DNA of 64,000 nucleotides from the NCBI GenBank assembly GCA_026390595.1, contig JAPLFQ010000019.1, positions 41,860-105,859 of the forward strand, given 5' to 3'. Positions within the stretch are counted from its first letter, which is position 1. Each line of letters opens with the position of its first letter. Below, piece after piece: positions 1 to 8,754 of this stretch. Both the position numbers and the translations under genes were made by a program. The notes below the pieces were generated by a model that saw nothing but the letters and a program-made list of their open reading frames with translations, was not told the origin of the DNA and did not search any database. The stretch comes from Ignavibacteriales bacterium (lineage in GTDB: Bacteria; Bacteroidota; Ignavibacteria; UBA10030).

Positions 1-573
1 GTAACGCTCTCAGGACCCGACGGATACGTGTACGACAAAGAAGGCGTGAAGGGGGAGAAAGTTGACTACATGCTTCAACTGCGCTCCAGCGCCAACGACC
101 GGGTGAAAGACTACGCGGACAAGTTCAAAGTCGAATTCTTCCCCGGCAAGAGACCCTGGGTTGTGAAAGCGGATGTCGCCTTGCCGTGCGCAACGCAGAA
201 CGAGCTGGACGTGGAAGACGCAAAAGAGCTGGTGAAAAACGGCTGCCTGTGTGTCTGTGAAGGCGCGAACATGCCGACGACAGTCGCCGCCATCAAGATC
301 CTTCTTGACGCGAAGGTGCTCTACTCGCCGGGCAAGGCATCGAACGCCGGCGGTGTTGCCACTTCGGGACTTGAAATGAGCCAGAACAGCATGCGCCTGC
401 CCTGGCCCAGGGAGGAAGTTGACCAGCGGTTGCATCAGATCATGAAGAACATTCACCGCACATGCCTTGAGACGGCCGAGAAGTACGGCACACCGGGCAA
501 CTATATGAACGGTGCGAACATTGCCGGCTTCCTCAAGGTGGCGGATGCGATGATGGACCAGGGATTGGTCTAG
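1..573 (+). CDS. gdhA: NADP-specific glutamate dehydrogenase, C-terminal fragment (5' end cut by window edge)
   Basis: Frame 1 is open from base 1. The translation ends ...EGANMPTT...GKASNAGGVATSGLEMSQNSMRL...GFLKVADAMMDQGLV, the canonical C-terminal NAD(P)-binding half of hexameric Glu/Leu/Phe/Val dehydrogenases. It is about 75% identical to the C-terminus of the 3948..5309 product. Confidence 0.9.
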   Translation, partial: VTLSGPDGYVYDKEGVKGEKVDYMLQLRSSANDRVKDYADKFKVEFFPGKRPWVVKADVALPCATQNELDVEDAKELVKNGCLCVCEGANMPTTVAAIKILLDAKVLYSPGKASNAGGVATSGLEMSQNSMRLPWPREEVDQRLHQIMKNIHRTCLETAEKYGTPGNYMNGANIAGFLKVADAMMDQGLV

Positions 574-794
574 CGCAGCAGCATGCAATCTGCGGGAAAC
601 ACCTGCAATGTCAGCAGGAGAGCGGTGTGACTCTCGAATGACCGCTCGCGGAGAAAAGGCGTACAACTCTTGGGTTCTTTCACAGCATTGACTGTATGAG
701 ACTCGTCCTAAGGGTCGTTACGCCTTTTCTTTTGTGGGGAGAACCGATCCGATGCCTCTCCGCCTACACAAACTGTATCGTTTAACCAGAGGTC

Positions 795-3794
795 ATGTTG
801 TTGTCAGCCATAAAAGCCTTGGACCCGATCAAGGGTCTTGACTATTTTGACACCCGCGTCAAGTCGTTTCAGAAACTGATGCGGTTCAAGATCCGGGACA
901 TCCTTCTTGTCTCGAGTCTGTACGACCAGTACCTCTTCGAAGAAGACGGCCGGCTCTATGAGCTCATCCGCCAGGAATTCCAGGCCCTCAACCTCAGTCA
1001 GACTCCCGACATCACTCACGTTACCAGCGGATCAGAGGCCGTCGAACTCGCTTTGACGGAGCAGCGCTTTGATCTCATCATCGCTACCCTGCACATCGAG
1101 GACATGCACGTCATCAAGTTTGCGAAGATGGCGCGTCAGGCAGGGATCAATGTTCCGATTATTTTGCTCGCGTATGACAACCGTGAGCGCAAGGAACTGG
1201 TGACGAATTATGACGCCTCGATTTTCGACCGTATTTTCATTTGGCAGGGGGATTATCATCTTCTGCTTGGTATTATCAAGTATGTCGAAGATCGGATGAA
1301 CGTCGAAAGCGACACGCAGGCGGTCGGAGTCCAGTCGATCATCCTCGTCGAAGACAACGTCAGTTTCTACTCCTCGTATCTCCCTGTCATCTACACGGAG
1401 ATCCTGAACCAATCCAAACGGCTGCTGTCGGAGGGGGTAAATCTCACACACAAGTTCCTCCGGATGCGGGCCCGCCCGAAGATTCTGCTCTGCACGACGT
1501 TTGAGGAAGCGTGGGCGTACTACGAAAAGTACCAGGATTTCATCCTTGGCATCATCTCCGATATCAACTTCAAGCGGGGCGGGGTCAAGGACCCGGAGGC
1601 CGGATTCACCTTTGCCAGGATGGTCCGTGAGCGGCACGAGGACATACCGATTCTTCTCCAGAGCAGCAATGCGGAATTCGCAGAACGGGCCCGGGAGATC
1701 GGAATCTCGTTCGTTCAGAAGACATCTCCGAGGTTGAGGCAGGAGCTGCGCGATTTCATGCTGAACAACTTCGGCTTTGGCGACTTTGTGTTCCGGACGC
1801 GCGATGGCAACGAGGTCGGCCGGGCTCACAACTTGAAAACGCTGGAAGAGCAACTTCACGTCGTGCCCGACGAGAGCATTCTCCTGCATGCCGAGCGCAA
1901 TCACTTTTCCAACTGGCTGAAAGCAAGGACGGAATTCTGGCTCGCCCACCGGCTGAGACCGCGAAAAATCACAGATTTTGATTCCATCGACGGCCTCAGG
2001 AATGAACTCATCAATTCACTGGGGTTTTACCGGGAAATTCAACAGCGGGGGGTGATCACCGAGTTTCACAAAGAATCGTACGATGTGAAGGGGAGTTTTG
2101 CGAGGATGGGCCTCGGTTCGCTGGGGGGGAAGGCGCGCGGGCTTGGATTCATCAACACCCTCATCACAAACTACCACATCGACCAGAAATTCGAAAACGT
2201 CGAAATCTCTGTCCCGTCGGCAGTCGTGATCGCGACGGATGTGTTTGACAGGTTTCTCGAGCGCAATGATCTTGAGCAGTTTGCACTGCATGCCACTGAT
2301 GATAATGAACTCAACAAGCGGTTCCTCGATGCGCCTCATTTCCCGGAGGATATCGTCCAGAAACTGACCGAATTCCTGGAGATTAATCACGAACCCCTTG
2401 CCGTCCGCTCGTCAAGCCTCTTGGAAGACTCACAATATCAGCCGTTCGCAGGAGTCTATGAAACGTTCATGATCCCGAACAACAACCCGGATCCTGCCAT
2501 CCGGCTCCGGGAGTTGCTTCAGAGCATCAAGCTTGTGTACGCTTCGACGTTCTCGCACAGCGCTAAAGACTACATGAAGGCAACCGCCTACCAGTTGGCG
2601 GAAGAGAAAATGGCGGTGATCATACAGCGCATGGTGGGGTCACGACACCACAACCGGTTCTATCCTGCCTTCGCTGGTGTCGCCAAGTCGTACAATTTCT
2701 ATCCGGTGCCTCCCCAGGATTCTTCCGATGGAATCGTCCATGTCGCTCTGGGTCTCGGAAAAATGGTCGTCGATGGCGGAAATGCAGTTCGTTTCTGCCC
2801 GAAGTATCCCCGACATCTCCTGCAGTTTTTCTCGACAACAGAAACGATCCGCAATGCGCAGCAGGAATTCCTTGCACTCGACCTGGATGGCGGCTTCGAT
2901 CACAAGCAGGATGAATCACCGGATGTCTTTGTGCAGCGGTATGACCTGAGCAAGGCGGAGGAAGACCAGACCTTGTTCTACGTCGGGTCCACCTACTCGT
3001 CGGAGAACGACTCGGTATACGACGGCGTGTCGCGGAGCGGCAAACGGGTCGTGACCTTTGCCCCCATCCTCAAACACAAGATATTCCCTCTTGCCGAGAT
3101 TCTTGAACTGATACTCGACATGGGCACGTGGGGCATGGGGACGCATGTGGAGATAGAGTTCGCCGTCAACATGAGTGTGCCCGACGGCAAGCCCAAGGAG
3201 TTTGCGCTCCTGCAAATCCGTCCGCTCGTCCTGAGTCTTGAGGCAGAAGAGCTGAATGTCGACAACATCGCGCAGGAAGATGTGATCTGTCAGAGCAGGC
3301 AGGTGCTCGGCAACGGGGCCATCACGAATCTGCATGACGTCGTCGTTGTTGATATCGACCGCTTCGATAGGGCGAAGAGCCGCGATGTGGCCACTGAGCT
3401 CAGCGCGATCAACGCAAAGCTCACGGGACTCAAGATCCCATACGTGCTCATCGGCGTTGGACGGTGGGGAAGCCTTGACCCTTGGCTGGGGATTCCCGTC
3501 ACGTGGGACCAGATCTCAGGTGCGAGTGTCATTGTGGAGTCAGGATTCAAGGATTTCAACGTCACACCTTCGCAGGGATCTCATTTCTTCCAGAATATCA
3601 CGTCGTTCCGGATTGGCTATTTCACGGTCAACTCGTTCAGCAATCTCGGGTTTATCGATTGGGATTGGCTTTCGAAACAGCCAGCCGTCGAGGAAATGTC
3701 ATATATTCGTCATCTTCGGTTTGAAGATCCGATTACCGTTCGGATCAACGGTCACAAAAACATGGGGATTATTCTCAAACCTAAGAAATCATGA
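795..3794 (+). CDS. Response-regulator/dikinase-like fusion protein: degenerate receiver + canonical receiver + PPDK_N-type PEP/pyruvate-binding (ATP-grasp) domain + swivel-His-like C-terminus
   Basis: 999-aa ORF. Residues ~30-150 have a receiver-like fold but a Thr where the phospho-acceptor Asp belongs (DLIIATLHIED). Residues ~180-300 form a canonical receiver (LVEDN ... ISDINF ... ILLQSS ... FVQK). The central region carries GGKARGLGFINT and SSSLLEDSQYQPFAGVYETF, motifs typical of the PEP synthase/PPDK N-terminal nucleotide-binding domain. The C-terminus carries PSQGSHFFQNITSF, resembling the GGRTSHAAI phospho-His swivel motif. Confidence 0.8.
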   Translation: MLLSAIKALDPIKGLDYFDTRVKSFQKLMRFKIRDILLVSSLYDQYLFEEDGRLYELIRQEFQALNLSQTPDITHVTSGSEAVELALTEQRFDLIIATLHIEDMHVIKFAKMARQAGINVPIILLAYDNRERKELVTNYDASIFDRIFIWQGDYHLLLGIIKYVEDRMNVESDTQAVGVQSIILVEDNVSFYSSYLPVIYTEILNQSKRLLSEGVNLTHKFLRMRARPKILLCTTFEEAWAYYEKYQDFILGIISDINFKRGGVKDPEAGFTFARMVRERHEDIPILLQSSNAEFAERAREIGISFVQKTSPRLRQELRDFMLNNFGFGDFVFRTRDGNEVGRAHNLKTLEEQLHVVPDESILLHAERNHFSNWLKARTEFWLAHRLRPRKITDFDSIDGLRNELINSLGFYREIQQRGVITEFHKESYDVKGSFARMGLGSLGGKARGLGFINTLITNYHIDQKFENVEISVPSAVVIATDVFDRFLERNDLEQFALHATDDNELNKRFLDAPHFPEDIVQKLTEFLEINHEPLAVRSSSLLEDSQYQPFAGVYETFMIPNNNPDPAIRLRELLQSIKLVYASTFSHSAKDYMKATAYQLAEEKMAVIIQRMVGSRHHNRFYPAFAGVAKSYNFYPVPPQDSSDGIVHVALGLGKMVVDGGNAVRFCPKYPRHLLQFFSTTETIRNAQQEFLALDLDGGFDHKQDESPDVFVQRYDLSKAEEDQTLFYVGSTYSSENDSVYDGVSRSGKRVVTFAPILKHKIFPLAEILELILDMGTWGMGTHVEIEFAVNMSVPDGKPKEFALLQIRPLVLSLEAEELNVDNIAQEDVICQSRQVLGNGAITNLHDVVVVDIDRFDRAKSRDVATELSAINAKLTGLKIPYVLIGVGRWGSLDPWLGIPVTWDQISGASVIVESGFKDFNVTPSQGSHFFQNITSFRIGYFTVNSFSNLGFIDWDWLSKQPAVEEMSYIRHLRFEDPITVRINGHKNMGIILKPKKS

Positions 3795-3947
3795 TTTGTC
3801 TGACGCAGTGGTTGGCGCTCTGATAATCGCTTCTTGAGAGTACATAATTCGTTTCGTTCGTTCTATCACCTAAGTCCTCGTTCCTCATATGCATTACCGT
3901 TGCATAGCAGGACAATCGCAATACCACACATCTATCAGGAGGGTTTT

Positions 3948-5309
3948 ATGTCTGATTATGTAAAAGATCTGATGGCTGAAGTAAAAGCGAAGAACCCGGC
4001 CCAGCCGGAGTTTCACCAGGCGGTTCAGGAGGTCGTGGAATCGCTCGCGTTGGTCTTTGAGAGGCATCCCGAATATCGCACGGCGAAGATACTTGAGCGC
4101 ATTATTGAACCTGAGCGAGTGATCACATTCCGCGTCGCGTGGGTTGACGATCAGGGCGAGGTGCAGATCAATCGCGGTTACAGAATTCAGATGAACAGCG
4201 CAATCGGACCCTACAAGGGAGGTCTGCGATTCCATCCTTCCGTGACTCTCGGCATATTGAAGTTCCTTGCCTTCGAGCAGGTATTCAAAAACAGTCTGAC
4301 GACGCTCCCGATGGGCGGCGGCAAAGGCGGATCGGATTTCGATCCAAAAGGGAAGAGCGATCTTAAAATCATGCGATTCTGCCAGGCTTTCATGTCGGAG
4401 CTGTTCCGGCATGTCGGACCCGAGACGGATGTCCCCGCAGGTGATATCGGAGTCGGCGGAAGAGAGATTGGATATTTGTTTGGCCAGTACAAGAAGCTTA
4501 GAAACGAATTCACCGGTGTCCTGACGGGGAAGGGTCTGAATTGGGGCGGTTCGCTCATTCGTCCCGAAGCCACGGGCTACGGCGCTGTGTATTTCGCGTC
4601 TGAAATGCTGACGACACGCGGGAAGACACTCGAAGGAAAAACGTGCCTCGTTTCCGGGAGCGGAAACGTTGCCCAGTACACGGTCGAGAAAATCAACCAA
4701 CTGGGAGGCAAGGCGGTAACGTTGTCAGATTCGAACGGCTATATCTATGATGAGGCCGGAATCACAAAGGAGAAGCTCGCGTACGTCATGGAGTTGAAGA
4801 ACGTCCGCCGCGGAAGGATCCAGGAGTACGCGGAGAAATTCAAGGGCTCAGTCTATACGCCGCTGGATGCGAAGATGGACAGCAATCCTCTCTGGAACCA
4901 CAAGGCGGATTGCGCCTTCCCGAGCGCGACGCAAAATGAGATCAACGGCAAGGATGCGCAGAACCTCATCCGGAACGGCGTGTATGTGGTCAGTGAGGGC
5001 GCGAACATGCCGACGACGATTGACGGCGTGAAACTGTTTCTCGACGCGAAGATCCTGTACGGTCCCGGCAAGGCCGCGAACGCAGGTGGTGTGGCCACAT
5101 CAGGGCTGGAAATGTCGCAGAATAGCATGCGCCTGTCCTGGACCCGCGAAGAAGTCGACAATCGTTTGCGCATGATCATGCACAGCATTCACTCGACCTG
5201 TGTGCAGAGCGCCGAGCGGTTCGGCACGCCGGGCAATTATGTCAACGGCGCCAATATCGGCGGTTTCCTGAAAGTTGCAGATGCAATGATGGATCAGGGA
5301 GTCGTGTAA
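3948..5309 (+). CDS. gdhA: NADP-specific glutamate dehydrogenase
   Basis: The ORF is 3834..5309; the likely start is the ATG at 3948 (MSDYVKDLMAEVKAK), preceded by AGGAGGG. Product length and motifs (GGGKGGSDFDPKGKS, TGKGLNWGGS, GSGNVAQY) are diagnostic of ~450-aa bacterial NADP-GDH. Confidence 0.93.
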   Translation: MSDYVKDLMAEVKAKNPAQPEFHQAVQEVVESLALVFERHPEYRTAKILERIIEPERVITFRVAWVDDQGEVQINRGYRIQMNSAIGPYKGGLRFHPSVTLGILKFLAFEQVFKNSLTTLPMGGGKGGSDFDPKGKSDLKIMRFCQAFMSELFRHVGPETDVPAGDIGVGGREIGYLFGQYKKLRNEFTGVLTGKGLNWGGSLIRPEATGYGAVYFASEMLTTRGKTLEGKTCLVSGSGNVAQYTVEKINQLGGKAVTLSDSNGYIYDEAGITKEKLAYVMELKNVRRGRIQEYAEKFKGSVYTPLDAKMDSNPLWNHKADCAFPSATQNEINGKDAQNLIRNGVYVVSEGANMPTTIDGVKLFLDAKILYGPGKAANAGGVATSGLEMSQNSMRLSWTREEVDNRLRMIMHSIHSTCVQSAERFGTPGNYVNGANIGGFLKVADAMMDQGVV

Positions 5310-5341
5310 CACCCTGTTTGCGGTAGAATGAACGTGACGAC

Positions 5342-5369
5342 GGAGAGGCGGAGATGCCTCCGTCTCTCC
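5342..5369 (+). other. GC-rich imperfect hairpin (about 12 bp stem, one G-U wobble) in the gdhA / second fusion-gene intergenic region; no U-tract
   Basis: ggagaggcggag-atg-cctccgtctctcc, seen directly. No poly-T follows, so it is not a canonical intrinsic terminator. Confidence 0.3.
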
Positions 5370-5498
5370 GGTAGTCTCCATACACCTATCTCGGAAACAG
5401 CTGTCGCAGGAACAGCAGTTTCACGCCTCGACGCATAGCCGCTGGCAATCTTCACCTATTTCCTTTCTTTGCGTCATGGGGCCTTCGCGTGACAGTCC

Positions 5499-8400
5499 TT
5501 GAGATACTTGGTATCACCTATTCCGACCGAGAGCTCCGTGAAGACAGAATTTGATGAGCTGAAATCTACCTCCGATACACTCTGGGTCGAGCACGGCTAC
5601 GGAGACCGCTTCCAGGGATTCCAGAATCTCATGCGGCTCCGGATTCGGGATGTCCTGCTGGTCTCGAGCCTCTATGATCTTTACCTCTTTGAAGAGGATG
5701 GAAGGCTCTACGAGCTCATCCGGAATGAATACCAGGGATTCAACCTCAGTCACTCACCCGAATTGACGCGCGTCTCCAGCGGATATGAGGCTCTCGCGCT
5801 TGCAAAGGAAGAGAGACGGTTTGACCTCATCATCACGACGCTCCATATCGACGACATGCACGCGATCGATTTCGCGCGCATGGTGAAGGAGGCGGGCATC
5901 AACATCCCGATTGTCCTGCTGACCCACGACAACCGGGAGCTCAAGTACCTGCTGATGAACCATGACACCTCGATGTTCGAGAAAGTGTTCATCTGGCAGG
6001 GGGATTTCCGCATCATTATCGCCATCATCAAGTCCATCGAAGACAAGATCAATGTCGACCATGACACGCGCATGGTCGGTGTGCAGACTATTATCGTCAT
6101 CGAAGACAGCGTCAAATACTATTCGTCGTTTCTCCCCAGTATCTACACAGAGATTCTGAAGCAGTCCCAGGCGCTCATTTCCGAAGGGATCAATCTGACG
6201 CATAAGTTTCTCCGGATGAGGGCGCGGCCGAAGATCCTCCTTTGCTCCACGTATGAGGAGGCTTGGGATTACTACGTTCGATACAGTGAATATATGCTGG
6301 GTATCATCTCGGACATTGATTTTCCCCGCGGCGGGGTGCAGGATCCGAGGGCCGGACTCGCGTTTGCCAGGGGAGTCAAGGATCGTCAGCCCGACCTGCC
6401 TATCCTTCTGCTGTCGAACATGCCGGAAAATGAGTCCCTGGCGCATGCCCGGGGTGCAGCGTTCCTTGTCAAAGACTCTCCGCTCCTGCTGAACGAGCTG
6501 AGAAAATTCATGATCCAGTACTTCAGCTTCGGTGATTTCGTATTCCGTACTCCGGAAGGGGTCGAAGTCGGGCGTGCGAATGACCTCAAGAGCCTCGAAG
6601 AACAGCTGACGATCGTCCCGGAGGCGAGCGTCCGGTATCACGCGGAGCGCAATCACTTCTCCAACTGGCTGAAGGCAAGAACGGAATTCTGGCTCGCCCA
6701 TCAGTTGAGGCCTCGAAAGGTCTCGGATTATGATACCGTTGAAGGACTGAGGCAGGATCTCATACGATCGCTCAACCACTACAGGAATATCCGTCAGCGC
6801 GGAATCATTGCGGACTTCGTCAAGGAGTCATTCGATCCGGCGAGCAGCTTTGCCCGCATCGGGGGCGGTTCGCTTGGTGGCAAGGCGAGGGGGCTGGGAT
6901 TTGTCAACACCTTGATCAACGACTACAAGGTCCGCAACCGGTTCGACAATGTGCAGATTTACGTCCCTGCAGCCGTGGTCATCGGCACGGATGTCTTCGA
7001 TGAGTTCCTGACCGACAACAATCTGCGGAAGTTCGCGATGAACTGCACGGACGACAAAGAGATTACAAAGAGGTTTGTCGAGGCGAGCAGGTTCCCGGAA
7101 GCAGTGCTGGGTGAGCTTGCGGCATTTCTGGACATCGTGCGTTCGCCCATCGCAGTCCGTTCTTCAAGCCTGCTGGAGGACTCTCAATACCATCCGTTTG
7201 CCGGGGTCTATGAAACGTACATGATCCCGAACAACAATCCGAATCCTCTCATCCGCCTCAACGATGTGATCAACAGCATCAAGCGGGTCTACGCGTCGAC
7301 CTTTTACCAGAGCGCGAAAGACTATATCAAGATTACGACGTACCGCCTTGAAGAAGAGAAGATGGCAGTAATCGTCCAGAGACTGGCAGGGTCGGAGCAT
7401 GAAAACCGCTTCTACCCGGATATTTCGGGCGTTGCGAAATCATACAACTTCTATCCGCTCGCTCCCCAGAAATCGTCCGATGGAATCGTCTCGGCGGCCC
7501 TCGGACTCGGGAAGACTGTAGTCGATGGCGGCAATACCGTCCGTTTCTGCCCCAAGTATCCAAACGACGTCATTCAATTCTATTCCGTCGAAGAAACCCT
7601 GAACAGTTCCCAGAAAGATTTCTTTGCGCTTCAATTGGACGCCCATTCGGATTTTGGATTTGAAACGCATGACGTCCACGTGCAGAAATATGGTCTGGAC
7701 GTCGCTGAGCGGGATGGCACGATGGCATACGTCGGGGCTACATACTCGCCGGAAAGTGACGTCATCACAGACGGTCTTGGAAGAAGCGGATCGCGCGTGG
7801 TGACGTTTGGACCGATCCTCCGCAACCGATCGCTCCATCTCCCCCAGATTCTTGAATTGTTGCTCGATATGGGGACATGGGGCATGGGAACGCCGGTGGA
7901 GATCGAATTCGCGATGGTTATGTCCGGACGCAATGCGGGTCCGAATGAATTCGCCTTGCTCCAAATGAGGCCGCTCGTCGTTCACAGGGAGCCGGAGGAG
8001 CTCAACGTGGAGGAATTCAAGCCGGCCCAGCTCATCTGCGAGAGCACTCAGGTTCTTGGGAACGGGCTGATCGAAGATATCCAGGATATTGTCTTTGTCG
8101 ACATCGAGTTGTTCGATCGTTCGCAATCGCGCGAAGTGGCAAAGGAAGTCAGTATTATGAACAGCCGGCTGATCGCTGAGCAGCGTCCGTATCTTCTGAT
8201 TGGAATCGGGCGCTGGGGATCCATGGATGACTGGCTGGGAATCCCGGTTACGTGGGAGCAGATCGCAGGTGCCCGTGCAATTGTCGAGACCGGGTTCCAG
8301 GAAATGTCTGTGGCCCCCTCGCAGGGCTCGCATTTCTTTCAGAACATCACCTCGTTCATGATAGGCTATTTTACAATCGATCCGCACAACAACAAAGGTC

Positions 8401-8549
8401 TTCTCGATTGGGATTGGCTGCTGAGCCAGAAACCAATCGAGAAGTTGAAGTTCACTAAACTCGTTCGATTTGAAAAACCTCTCGTTATCAAAATCAACGG
8501 CCACCAGAGCAAGGGAGTCATCTTGAAACCAGAGGCGGAGCATGACTAA
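5499..8549 (+). CDS. Paralog of 795..3794: degenerate receiver + canonical receiver + PPDK_N-type ATP-grasp + swivel-His-like domain
   Basis: 1016-aa ORF. The first codon is TTG (the GTG at 5538 is an alternative start). The domain order and motifs match copy 1 (GGKARGLGFVNT, SSSLLEDSQYHPFAGVYETY, ISDIDF, PSQGSHFFQNITSF). Long stretches are about 80% identical to copy 1 at the nucleotide level. Confidence 0.8.
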   Translation: MRYLVSPIPTESSVKTEFDELKSTSDTLWVEHGYGDRFQGFQNLMRLRIRDVLLVSSLYDLYLFEEDGRLYELIRNEYQGFNLSHSPELTRVSSGYEALALAKEERRFDLIITTLHIDDMHAIDFARMVKEAGINIPIVLLTHDNRELKYLLMNHDTSMFEKVFIWQGDFRIIIAIIKSIEDKINVDHDTRMVGVQTIIVIEDSVKYYSSFLPSIYTEILKQSQALISEGINLTHKFLRMRARPKILLCSTYEEAWDYYVRYSEYMLGIISDIDFPRGGVQDPRAGLAFARGVKDRQPDLPILLLSNMPENESLAHARGAAFLVKDSPLLLNELRKFMIQYFSFGDFVFRTPEGVEVGRANDLKSLEEQLTIVPEASVRYHAERNHFSNWLKARTEFWLAHQLRPRKVSDYDTVEGLRQDLIRSLNHYRNIRQRGIIADFVKESFDPASSFARIGGGSLGGKARGLGFVNTLINDYKVRNRFDNVQIYVPAAVVIGTDVFDEFLTDNNLRKFAMNCTDDKEITKRFVEASRFPEAVLGELAAFLDIVRSPIAVRSSSLLEDSQYHPFAGVYETYMIPNNNPNPLIRLNDVINSIKRVYASTFYQSAKDYIKITTYRLEEEKMAVIVQRLAGSEHENRFYPDISGVAKSYNFYPLAPQKSSDGIVSAALGLGKTVVDGGNTVRFCPKYPNDVIQFYSVEETLNSSQKDFFALQLDAHSDFGFETHDVHVQKYGLDVAERDGTMAYVGATYSPESDVITDGLGRSGSRVVTFGPILRNRSLHLPQILELLLDMGTWGMGTPVEIEFAMVMSGRNAGPNEFALLQMRPLVVHREPEELNVEEFKPAQLICESTQVLGNGLIEDIQDIVFVDIELFDRSQSREVAKEVSIMNSRLIAEQRPYLLIGIGRWGSMDDWLGIPVTWEQIAGARAIVETGFQEMSVAPSQGSHFFQNITSFMIGYFTIDPHNNKGLLDWDWLLSQKPIEKLKFTKLVRFEKPLVIKINGHQSKGVILKPEAEHD

Positions 8550-8754
8550 GACAAGTGGTCAATCGGGATCAAAAGCAGTTGATGTGTGCCCTCACTGCGG
8601 CGCCCATCTGAGCCCATGGCAGCAGGTGCTGCTGGGAGTTGATCGGGCCCTGATGTGCAGGAACTGTTGGTATCGGATCGTGATCGACGCGACCGACGAG
8701 GAGCAGGGGGGGAAGCCGGATGACACGTCACCATCGAAGGACGACAAGAAATGA
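8542..8754 (+). CDS. Small zinc-ribbon protein (CxxC...CxxC), translationally coupled between the fusion gene and GDH
   Basis: 70 aa: ...CPHCGAHLSPWQQVLLGVDRALMCRNCWYR... with an acidic/lysine-rich tail. Its ATG overlaps the stop of the upstream gene (ATGA), and its stop overlaps the ATG of the downstream GDH (ATGA). Confidence 0.6.
   Translation: MTKTSGQSGSKAVDVCPHCGAHLSPWQQVLLGVDRALMCRNCWYRIVIDATDEEQGGKPDDTSPSKDDKK

Noticed and set aside
573-795. Possible long-loop terminator (aaggcgta ... tacgcctt + ttttcttttg) between the first GDH and fusion gene 1
   Set aside because: The stem arms are separated by about 60 nt with no obvious nested structure. The T-run is present but the fold is speculative.
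3880-3925. Possible sigma-54 (-24/-12) promoter upstream of gdhA (tgcattaccgTTGCAt)
   Set aside because: The -12 TTGCA-like element is present, but the obligatory GG dinucleotide of the -24 element is absent at the correct spacing.
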